From NCBI RefSeq assembly GCF_000315625.1, contig NW_005434669.1, positions 904,330 to 968,329 of the forward strand: DNA of 64,000 bases, in the 5' to 3' direction. Positions 36,701 to 48,700 of this stretch are shown here, piece after piece. The position numbers were made by a program, and so were the translations under genes. The notes below the pieces were generated by a model, which was not told the origin of the DNA, did no database searches, and saw only the letters and a program-made list of their open reading frames with translations. The DNA is from Guillardia theta CCMP2712 (lineage: Eukaryota; Protista; Cryptophyta). The first letter of the stretch is position 1. The number at the start of each line of letters is the position of its first letter.

Positions 36701-39700
36701 TCCATCCATGAAGCCACGGAGTTGTCTTTGGTCTGCGCAATGTTTTGGATCCTGGTCAGCGACCCGTCGCTCTGAAGCGCCAGGGACTTGGAGTGCGAGA
36801 TCATGTATATGTAAGTGATGGAGCCTGAGATTGCGTTCGAGTACATCAAGTTAGTCGTGCAGGAGCACTGATCCTTGGTGGTGGAGAAAGGACCGCAGTT
36901 GGCAACATTGCAACAATCTGCCGACACGAACCAGGGCTTGTCCGCTACTCGATAAGGACTATTGCGATCGAAATACCCACAGATGGCAATAAGACAAGCA
37001 CGGCTCCACAGGTACTGCTCGACACCTCCATTGACTTCGACGATAGACAAGATGCTTGCCCTCACTCCGAAGTTCCAGGCTCTCTTGGTGGGCAACATGC
37101 AGTTCAGAGCGTTCACAGACTCCATGGAGCAGCTAGTCGTGATGCTCTGCTTGCCGTCCACACCCGTAAAGGAGAACATCGCCCGATACTGGCTGTTCTG
37201 CGCGAACAGTCCTCTTACAGTGAAGACTGCGTCTAGAAGACTCTCAGTGTTCACGTAAGTAATGTTGGGTGACGTTAGCGGAACTTTGGGCTGGCAAGAT
37301 GGCGCGTCAATGTTTCCCTGCCCTGTGGACTTGTACCAGAACCTGTCAGGCACGTTCTTCAATGGGAAGATGTACGAGTAGTTCATGTATCTCTGCATGA
37401 TGTAATCGGCTGGCATGGCCTTCTTCATGATTCGGAGATGTTTCAGCAATCCTGCATGCTTTGCTACGGAAGGAGGATTCTTCTCTATGTATACTCCGAT
37501 CCCCACAAGCGTGTTCCCATCAACATCGTTGTTGTCAAGGCATCCTTTGAAAATTCCATTGGACCCACAGGGGCACTTTTTCTTCTCGCATTCAGCATTT
37601 GGGCAGGTGCAGAAATCCGGGCAGGTGTGGTAGGCCGCCGGATATATGATATTTCCGCAAGAGCAGCTTTCATCGGGGCAGACAGCCGTACACATGTACT
37701 GCTTCAACTTCTCCTCCCCATTCACGTAAATTCTCGAGTATTTTCCGTCGTAGGTGGCCACGTAGTGAATCCATTCGCCTTCCTTGAAGGTAACATCCGA
37801 TGTCCACTCCACGAAGGTGACGTATCCGATCCCGGGCCAGACGCCCAGCGACTGGAACCCCTGGTAGTGGGAGATTTTTGCGTCCGGTTTCTCTACAGCA
37901 AGAGCGAAAGAGAAAATTATTACCCCTGATCCTTCAAAGCGCCAGGTCATACGGACCCCCTTTTCACAGCCACAGTTGCTGGTCCGAGTCCAGCTGCACT
38001 TGTTCCTTTGCATAGCACTGAAGAGAGCATGCTCGATCTTAAAGGACGCGTTCACTTGGAACAGAGCTTCTCCATAGAATTCCTCCAGCGGCAGTTGCGA
38101 GGTGGCAGGGTCTCCGGTCACAACGTCATCGATGTTGTCGGTGATCAAAAGCCCCGTGTTAACGTTCGCGTCAAACAGAAGCGCCTCCACGTCGTCGACA
38201 GAACTCAGGAAGTTCTCAATGCTCAAGGACTGCTCCCTGACTGTATCGAACTCGTTGGTGGCATCCTTGCAGGCAGGGCCGTTGGTGCCGAGGGTGCCGA
38301 GGAGCACCGCTGCTCCTAATCGCTCTGAGTTGTCTCGAATTGTCGCTGGGGAGATCCAGGTAGGATACTTCTCGGCGCAATCGCTATTAATTATCCTTTC
38401 ACGTTCGTACCGGCACACCCGGCTGTCGCAGGTGACAGACTGATTCACTTGTTTGCCGAACTTGTTTACCTTCATCGGGCCCTGCGCCTTGTTCACGTAC
38501 ATGGACCGGGAGCTGAACTCCCAGTCGCCCACCACGTAGTCCCAATCGGATTGGGACTCGTACGTGAGGTTGTTGGAGTAGAGCTCGCTGTTGAACAGGA
38601 GCTCGCACCCTGTAGCTGAGTAGAACGATCCGGTTACTGAGCTGTCGAACGATCCCAGTCTACAGACGTCATGCAGGACATCGATCGGATTGCCAGCCGT
38701 TGACTGATCTCCGGTGTCAACTTGAGAGTTGGCAAGGAAGCGGACACGGTCCTGGAGAGGAAGTCAAACAAATCAATCGAGCAGTCAAAGATGTCAAGTC
38801 AAGTCAAGATTGCCTCGTTGTGCGATCTTCGGTCAACAAACTGAAGTCCAGCTGTCGTATCATCCCATAGGGAGATCGTGTTGGTCACTGGCTCCGGAAA
38901 GACGGAGAAGCCTGTGTTGATAGTCAACCAGCGTTAGCGCATCGATTCGTTGGTGACCTCTCCCCGACTTAGTGCGACTCGACGCGAACTCCAACCCGGC
39001 AGTCAAGAACGTGTTGTCAGGCAGACTCTGCATGAACTGAAGGTCCCCTTCTTGCAAGCTGCTGCTCGAAGGAGCTGTGATCACTGTGTCCGTTGGCTCC
39101 GCATAATCCTCCGCTGCTGCTATTGTGGTCGCAAACGAAGAAATCGCGTACCGGCCGCCATCCTCCACCACTCGCACTTGCACGAAGTTCTCGGAAGCGC
39201 GGGGCCCGACAAGGCTGGTACAGGCAGAGGCGTTGGAACTGTGGAAGGCGAGGGAACTGTGGGAGCGTCAGGGAGCGGTGGGAGAAGCAGCCGCTACGTA
39301 CCCATCCATCATCATGGAGAGGTTCGACTTCATGGGGATGTAAGGGTACTGCGGGCAGATGCAGTTGGCAGACTGGATGTCAACAGTGTTGCACGTGACG
39401 TTCCATGAGAGCCGGAAGCCTGTGGAGCCGTCAGTAGGGTCAACAGGCAGGAGCTGTCGTACCCGGCCTCGCGTCTGCTGGCTCGACATATATCTCCGCG
39501 CACTTGGCGTCGGAAGCATTGCTGCCATACGTGCCGACGCTCTTCAGCGAATGGTCAGAAGATCAAAGAACCGCGCTCGCGCCCTCACCATTTCCTGCTG
39601 ATAGCAGCAGGTCGCGTTCGACGTCAAGCTCCCATCGCAAATCTTGCAACCTGCATTGGTCGTGAGGAGGAGGATCACTGAGAGAATGTGTTTTGACCTG

Positions 39701-42700
39701 ACAGGTCAATGGGAGGCTTGTAGCCAGAGTCTTCTGCCCCAACGCAAAAGGTCGTCATGCCGGTGCAGAACTTACACGTCTGAAAAGAAAGGTCAATCTT
39801 GAGCAGACGGTCAAGTCGACAGGACGGCACTGGTACCTGAAAGATCAGAGTTCCGTCTGTTTGGATGGTAGGGAGGATCACGAATAGGTTTGGATTCGAC
39901 ACGTTGATCGTGAAGAATTTAAAGCTCTGACTCTCGCACCCTCCAGGGATCACGTTGCATATCCCTCTCTCGTTGGGTGGACCAGCCTGGTTTGTCTGTT
40001 AAAGAGATCGCGAGGCAGGAGCGAAGAGGTTAGGTAGTTGTTACCGTGAGATTGTTGGCAAATCCTGTCACAGTGCGCAAGTTGGGAGACTCCAAAATGT
40101 AGACTCCGAAGCTAAGGGAGAAAGTTGGTTTCTGTGAGTGACGACAGTCAGAAAGAGAGAGCGCGCGAGAAGGAGTTACCTCGTTGACAGGCAACACAAT
40201 TAGGGTCACATTCCTAGCTACAGACGTGTCTTTGCCGTTGTTGGCGGTGCCGCCGTTGTCCTTGAGCTGCACGCTGACCCTGATCGAGCCGAAGGCAAAC
40301 TGTCTGGGTTTGAATGTCATGGCGCCGTTCGTGTTGATCGCTGGCGCCACTAAAAAGAACTCCGGGCTGAAAGCGTGAACCAAGAAAGTCAAAGTCTGGA
40401 TCTTCTCCGTATCTCTCGCTGGTATCCCCGACGAGTCTCTGGTTATGTCGGAACAGACGATGGCATTGAAGTCGGATCCTTCCAGCGCGTAAACAACGGG
40501 CGAGATGTAGAAGTACGGTCTGTCATTCACATCGATCACGATGATGCGGAAAACTTTGATCTGCGATGTCACATTGAACGAATCCATGCTGAAGACCGTG
40601 AAGTTTCCAACTCCAAACTGCGATCGAGCCAGTTTGAAGGACAGAGTTCCGTCTGCAGAGATGGATGGTTCTTCTTCCAGAAACTGCCCATTCCTCGTCA
40701 AAGTCTGTACGTAGAAAGTGACAGTCTGCAACGGATCTTCGACAGGGTCTCCTTTGGAGATGTTCACAGCAAACCCCATCCGAACATAAGTTCTTGTTTC
40801 GTTCCTGGAACAAACCATCACACTTCATGCATACACACTTTCGAACTGTCACCTCCTGCACTTTGCTCTTGCAAGATCACTCTGGAACGGAGGGAGACTG
40901 AAGCAGGACGAATCCTGCAGTGCATACACATCCTGCGACGCCAGGTCGAACTTGGGCGCTTGATTCACAGCCCCGATCTCAATCTGACGAGAATGTCACT
41001 ACCAGGTTTGCGCGAGCAGCAACAATTCACCGTCACGTTTTGATGCAAGATGTTGGCTGGAGCAATTTCCTCGAGGTTTCCGACGAAGGAGGTAGGCATT
41101 GTCTCGAGAGGACCGTCGTCCTCTAAAGTGACTTCCAGCACCTGGACCCCATAGAAGTACGGGAACGGCCTGGCGCCACGTCAGCAGCGGGAAATGGAGA
41201 TTCCTAGCTATCACCAGATCACGAGTTCCGCAACGTGGGAAGCGCAGGGTTCAAACTGTCCAGACCAGACGACGAGGGCAGAGCCGTCTTGAGGGTATGA
41301 ACAGGCCGGGTCGTACGAGCGATCTTGCGTGTCGTTGCAGAACATCTGCGAGTCAAGTCAGCAGCTAGTCAAATCTCACTATATCGGGCAACCTTGGCGC
41401 ACTGTACGAGGGGTGTCACTCCCAGACCGCGGATGGTGAACCGGATCTTTTGATAGTCCTCCCACACCCCGGCCCGCACGTTCCTGATGACGTGGACCCA
41501 AGGCTGGTCCACCGTAGACCCCTGCGGCATGCAAGTCAGATTGGCAAGAAGAAGCAAAGCACACAGAGCACGCACAATTGATGGGTGCTCGGTCGTGTTG
41601 AAGAATTCCGGCATTTCCATGGATGGCGCGACGTTAACTGGTTGGACTACAAACTCCAACTGCCTCGAGTAGCACAGCTCGCCGTCGCTCAGGATCACAC
41701 GGAGCACGTATATGCCGAACCTCCCTTGCTGTAGACTGAGCTGCATCGTGCCGTTGGGGTAGAGGGTCGGCCACTCGCCGTCAGTGAAGATTGACTCGAG
41801 CGTCGAGTTGAGAGAGGAGACGTTGCTGGAAGGACATCCGAAGATTTCAACAGCCCGAGTGGCCGCATGACGCTGGGAGCATTCGGAGAGAGTCTCTTCG
41901 AAGTCGAGAACCGTTGAGTTCGACGACCGGATGCTCGCAAGGCAGAAATCAACCACCTCGAGCGAGAAGGTCACGGGCTGAGCAAACTCCTCGCAGTAAC
42001 CCGAGCTGACGTTCTCCGCAAACACAACAAATCCTGAGCTGCCTGCGTTGACGACTATCCTCGAGTCAGAGGCGAGCGTGAAGGAGGGATGCTTGTTCTT
42101 GTTCTTCACGAAGACCTGGATCTCTTTGGTGGTGTGGTTGACACCGCCGTTGGCGACTCCACCATCGTCAACCAAAGTGATCGACACGTTCACTTGTCCA
42201 TAGTTGATCGCTCGGATCGCAACTGTGCCGTCGGTGTAAACCTTGAACAGGCTCATGTTGTTGTTCGCCTCGAATTGAGAACAGGGCTCCAGCTGGTCTG
42301 CGCTGTACCCGATGACGAAGGAGAGATTCTGCGTCCTCTCCTGACCGAACGGACCTGCCGAGCAGTTGCAGCTGTCGACGCAGTCGTCCAGCCCTCCGGT
42401 AGAGATGCTGGTGACGAATTGGGGACTGACGAACTCTTCCTCCGCTACCAACGTCAGGGTGTCGGGGATGCAGAACGTAGGGGGATTGTTCACTTGCAGC
42501 AGATCTAGGATGAACTCGTTCACGATGGATCTGTTCCTCCCGCCCCCGTCATCCTCCAGGTAGACCCGGAACAGAAAGGTGCCGTGCCTGTAGATCTTGG
42601 GGAGGAAGCTGAGGGTTCCGTTCGGGGAGACTGTAGGAGCAAGTTCGAAGATTCCAGGAGCCTCAGTCTGAAGCTCGACATGGAAGGTAAGCTTCTGCCA

Positions 42701-45700
42701 TGCCTCGATCAGCCCAGCGCCTGGGTCGATGTTGTAGGCGAAGCCTTCATACTGGTAGAGGGTCTGGTCCTGGGAGACTCGCTCGAGGGCCTGAAGCGTT
42801 GGGTTGATCTTGAAGAAGGGGGGCTCGTTGACTTCGATCACGTTCAGGGACAGCTCCTTCACTGACGTGTTGACTCCTCCGTTTGAGTATCCTCCGTTGT
42901 CCACCGCAGAAACCTGCAAGACCGTCGATCCCTGGACGCCAATCTTGAGCTTGAAGACAAGATCTCCCTGGACTGTCACGATTGGAAGGATATCAAACAA
43001 GCCCCTGTTTGCCACTTGGACGTGGAAGGTGTAGACCTGGCCTGGGGAGGAGTTGCTATGGCAGTCAGTGGTCAGCACTGGCGGCCTGAAGCATTCATCC
43101 TCCGACTTGGGGAGGGGCGACCTAGAGCCCATGGAATGGATATGAACGAATGACGACTTGGTCGTCAGCTGCACAAGTTCAGAGGAGGTGATGGTCACGA
43201 CGTTCAGCTCTGAAGGCATCGAGAAGTTCACTGGAGTGTTGATCATCGACACGTTCACAGGAATCGAAGCCTCTACCCTCCCTCCGTATGAATCCGTTGC
43301 CGTGATGAAAATCTCTGCCCGGCCGAACTGCCCTGGCACGAAATCTATCGACAACATGTGCCTGCACACACCCCAGTCTCCCTGCTGGTCCTTGCAGACT
43401 GAGACGTGACCCTGGTAGATCGACTCGATGTTGGTGCAGTTCTCGTACATCTGCCCGTTGTGCTCGAAGGGGAACGCGCAGGGGCTGTCAGTACCGTTGA
43501 CGTAGGCGCGGAGGGAGACGTTGAGCATGCTGGGCTGATCTGTGAACAAGGAGAAACGAAGGCTGTCACTGTACAGGTTGGTGATAGCATCGAAGTCGAC
43601 GAACGCGATGGTCCCTAAGGAAGCCGCATCGGTTGACAGGTTGAAACTTGTGCTGGGAAAGTCGTTGAGGGTTCCGACCAGGTACTTGACCGGAGCTTGC
43701 CCTTCAATGAACGCCAGGGGTGTGATAAGAGGGATAGGCACATTGTTGACTGGTACGATCCAGATCGGAACTGAGACGAGGCATGTCAGGTTGTACAAAT
43801 CGTGCGCTATGATGTCAAAGTGAAGCTCTCTGACGGAATAGGAGTGCATGTAAGGAAGCGGCATGACCAGCAGCTCATCTCCTTCGATAGCAACTTGAAA
43901 CCAAGATGTCCAATTAGTCTGCGTGGTGATGGTGAGGAAATCGACGACTGGCACGCTGTGAAAACACTTAATCTTGATAGCCATAGTGCGACAGTCGTCA
44001 AAGTCTCCGAACATGTAAGAGATGTTGAAGCGAAGCTCCTGGGCAGTCGCAGGCTGCTCATAGATCGTGATGCCAGCGACGAAAGTCGGCAGGTTCATCA
44101 CAAAAGGAGCGTCGGGGATAGACACCACATCAAAGGTCAACGTTGCTGTAACTGAAACATTCATAGAATCGACTGCCGTTACAGTCACCTCAATCAGCCC
44201 GTGCTGGTTTGGCAGGAGGTACTGTACGAGCTTGTCCCCAACGATCTGAATCTCCATGAGGTCTGGCCGGCTGTTGACCGCGTAGTAAGTCAACGTGTCT
44301 GGTGGAGCGTACGGGTCGTGATGATCCTCCAAGTCAACGTCGTAGAAGATGTCACTGAGGTTGAGGGGGGGAGGCTGGATGTCTTCGTAGTGCGTGTAGT
44401 TGAGGATGGAGTTGTTGCGGACGAAGGGAGGATGGTTGACATGCTGGACTATAAGCCGTAGAGGAGGTGAGGTCGACAGGCCGGTCGAGTCCACAGCTGT
44501 CAGGTTGAAGACTCCATGCACGTGCAGCCCTGGCCGAATCTCCAGGTACACGAAGTCAGAGTAGACCGTGCGGACCTCCACCTGCTCAGGGTCGCTGCTT
44601 AGCACATGCAGCGTGTCGCCTCCTCGGAACCACTCGTCCTTGTCCTCAAAGACCTCAAACAGCCTGAACTGCCAGGTGTGTAAGGTACAGGAGTCGTACA
44701 CGCAGGTTCCGTTGTCTTCGAGGATGGTCAGGTTGTTGGCATATCTTGGCCGGACGCTCGGCGGGTGTGCGACAGGCTGGATGGCGACCAGGATCGACTT
44801 GGTGGTGTACAACTGAGTCCTCCTCGAGAACAAGGTGACCGAGAGCTCGACGACTCCGTGGATGAAGGAAGTGTCCAGCTCGATTTCAGCTGAGAGGCAG
44901 TAGGGGGAGCAGGAGGCCTTGACAGTCGGTGGGTTGCGGAAGAAATCTCCGAAGGTACCGTTGGAGGGACTCCAGAGAAATACAGACGCCGGCGATCGGA
45001 ATCGAGAAGGGGCAACGACAAACTTCACGTACTGCAAAGACAGGAGTCAGTGAGAGAGAGGGAGGGAGAGAAGGAGGAGCCAACCTGACTGCCGTCTTCC
45101 ATCAAGAGCCCGCTGTCAACGCGGATGTTGGAGATGATCGGGACCGAGACTCTACTGCTCTCGTTGACAACGATGATGGTCAAGATGTCAAAGTCTGGGG
45201 GTTGCTGGACTATCTCGGTCAGGCTCCTCGTCTCCATCAAGGAGTAAAGGAGAGAAATGGAGCCCAGGTTGACCCTCGCGATGCTGTCGGGGCAGTTGCA
45301 GCCGAAGGCGTCAGCCTCGAACTGATCCGGCCAGCTCTCCATGTTCTGATCGAGCATTAAAGAATCATAGCTGATGTTCGAGTTGAAGAGAGACTTGGCT
45401 CTGCTGTTGATGTCCATCAATGACGAAAGTTGGTAGGCGATGACTGCAAACTCCATCGTAGCGACTTGCTCATCAGACGAGTTGCACGACAGAAGAACGA
45501 TCGGCAGCCAATCAGTCTGAGTCTGCCCCGCAATCATTGTTCTCACGCCCGAGACCACCTCATCTGTTGACGTGGTCTGCTGACCGTCACTGAACAAGTC
45601 GAACTGGAACGCGATGCGCAGGAACCCTTGCATGACATTCACTGTCAACAGATGGGTGGACGAGTTTTCAGCCTGGTGCCCATCGATCACTCCTCCTCCC

Positions 45701-48700
45701 CCGTCGTCAGTGGTGAGGATGACAAACGAAGAGTTCCCGGAGAACATCGGGGGTACAACCAGCGTGATGTTCCCGTTCTCTCCGATCTTCAAGTCAACAT
45801 CGCTGCCTTCACCCGCAGTCACTGAGAAGCTGACATGCTGGAAGGCCTCGTAAGGCCCAGCAGAGAAGTTGGCAACAGCAGGAAGGATCCTGAGGCCTCC
45901 GCAGGAAGTCCAAGGGCTGCAGCAACCCGTGTTCAAGTTGCAGGAGAGGTCAAGGGAGGGGCAGGGAGAGCAGCACCACTCCTGCAGCATCATGCCTGAC
46001 TCCCGGGTGTCGTAGGGGTTGACCCACAGCCAGACGTCGCTCGGCAGACCGACGGATGGCGCAGAGTTGACGGGGATCACAACAAAGGTCAGCCTGTGTC
46101 CTGCCGTGTAGCAAGTCGCGTTCTTGTCCCCGTTGTCGCATCCCGTGACTTCTACCGTGCTGTTGCCGTAGGCGTACGGGCGGATCACGAAGTAGAAGGT
46201 ACCGTTGGCAAACCCTTGAAGGTCCTCGAACAAAGTCGAGTTCTCCGGGCTGACGTGGAAGTGGAAGGAGAGAGACTGGTTGGCCTCGTCCCGTGGACCC
46301 ACCAAACTCCCGCCGAACTGAGCCCAACGGAGGTTCTTGAAGAACGAAAGCTCGCTCCTTCTGTTGTAAAACTTCTCCTCAACGATCACCAGAGGCTGCA
46401 AAGTGAAGTCGAACGAAGGAGGGTCATTCACAGCAACCACCTCGAGCCGCCAGACATGAGGAGTGGAGGTAGCCTGATCTCCCTGCCTCACTACTCCTCC
46501 GTCGTCCTCCAAGGTTGTGCTCAGAGTCAAGTTGCCGTTCTGATTCGGAGCGAGGAGGAGGTCGAGGGTTCCATCTGAGAGGATGGACAACGCAGACAGG
46601 AGGTTCTGGTTCCCGGACAGGTAGGTCACATGGAAGGTGACTAACTGACTGTCCTCACTACTGCTGCAAGGGAAGTTGGTGTAGTTGGAGTTGTTTGCGA
46701 ACATGGAGTCCGAGAACAGGCCCTTCTTGATGTTCCCTGCGAACTGATGCACGCGATACCTTGGAGCGTCCTCCAGCACCTGGACGGTCTGCTGGGCCAG
46801 GGAGAATGAAGGAGGCTGGTTGATCGGGTTGATCAGGATGTCGAAGTAAGACCAGGGGGTCTTGAACGAGCTGGTGACCAGCCGGAACATCATTGAGACT
46901 TTTCCGTGCATCCCCTCCCTCAGCACGAAGGACAGGGAACCATCGACATCGATCACGGGCTGCTGCCTGAAGCAGATCTTCCCTTCCTCGCTCTTCGGCA
47001 TCACCTCGAACGAGCCATCCGTAATGATCCGCTGGTCGCCATAGGTCGGCGGTGACGTCGGGGGCAGAGTGGGAGAGGCCCGTGGGTCAGCGAAGTAGAG
47101 GAAAGTCTGAGACTGGCCGACGACGACGTTCTCGTCAACCTCGACCACGTCCTGCTCTTGCATGGCTGGCTGAGAGTCCGCATTCCCCCAGAGGAGGTAA
47201 AACCGTTTGACCTGCGAACGATCGTTTCCTCCCCAGGCAGTTCCTCCGTCATCAAAGAGCTGGACGTCAAAGTATGCGCGGCCGAAGACGAGCTGGTTGG
47301 GCTCGAAGGAGAGGTCCCCAGTGTCGCTGATCCTAATCCCAGGGACGGTCTGCAACTCAAGTCACTACTAGAATAGAAGAAAACAATGTACTCCGCTCAC
47401 CTTGAAGAAGATTGGGGCAAGCACAGTCACCACAAACGTCAGCCTCTGGTCAATTTCATCCACTGCGAAGGAGTTGTCCTGGGTCCTTCCCTTGTACAGC
47501 ACTCCCGTCCAGTTCTTGATGACAAACTCCGTGGTGTTCTCAGGGAATATCTTGTTCTGCCCCACGAAGTAAGGAGCCTTGTTAATCTTGCGGAAGACGA
47601 AGATCAGATCCTGCACTGTGTCCACAACATAAGTCATGTTCTCCATCCCGACGCAGTAGGAGAGGACATCCACCCTTGCCGTCCCCTCCAGGTCCTCCCT
47701 GTAGCTCCCCCACAGTGAAGTTGACCAGGTTGGAGAGGTGCAGGTGACTAGCTCGGAGGTGGACGAGTCCGCGTTCACCGTATGGTCAAAACTTCCAGTG
47801 GAGTGAAACCTACACCTGTACCTCCACTCGCCGCATCCCGCGTTGTTCGTCCACGTCATTGGGCCCCCAAAGCCGTTCCCTACGATAGTGAGGACAGTAC
47901 CTCCGAGCTTGTCGCCGTAGGCCGGGAACGAGGCCCGGGCCCGAGGGATCAAGAAGATCTTGACGATTTCGGTCGCGCTGCTCTGGATAGGCAACGAGTT
48001 CCAGTAGACGACAAGGGTTGTATTAGCTGCTGCTTCAGTCCACGTTGGGACAGGGCAAGTCAACGTGGAGTAGGAGACGACGGTGGCGAGGGAGCTTGAC
48101 TCTTGTGACCCGTAGAGGATCCCGCACGTGTAGCTGTCCATATTGCTGAATCCAGTCCCAAAGACGGAGATCGTACCTCCTTGATAGCTGAAGATGGGCT
48201 GAGCGGGCGTTAAAATCTCGTCCCAGATCGGCCACACAGTCAAGGTCAAATTCTCCTGCAGTGCCCAGCCGTCAAAGTCTTCAGGAGTGTAGGAGGTCGT
48301 GTAACAGAGGCGGTACTGCCCGGGATACATGAGCTGAGTCGTGATGGACCGGGAGGAGTCGACGAGGCTCTCCGAGACTCGAGACACGCAGTCGCTCCGA
48401 GTGAAGGCTATGCGAGTGAAGGGAGAAGGGGAGGCTTGCTTAAAGTAGAGCTCAACTTGCCTTGCAGCGCTGAAGGATGTGTTAGTCAGGCAGTAGTCGC
48501 CTGAGCACTCGACGCTGGTGATAGAGTCAGGCTGAGTGGGGGCGAGAACCTCCAAGTTGAAGCGTTGAGGCACCCATACATGCTCCCCGTGGACCTTGTA
48601 AGTGCTGTAACAGAGCGAGTAGTTCTTGGCTGTGTCAAAGATTGCGACATAATCCTGCCGGAAGGTCTCCAGGGAGGAGCCAAAGACGGAGGTCAAGTCA

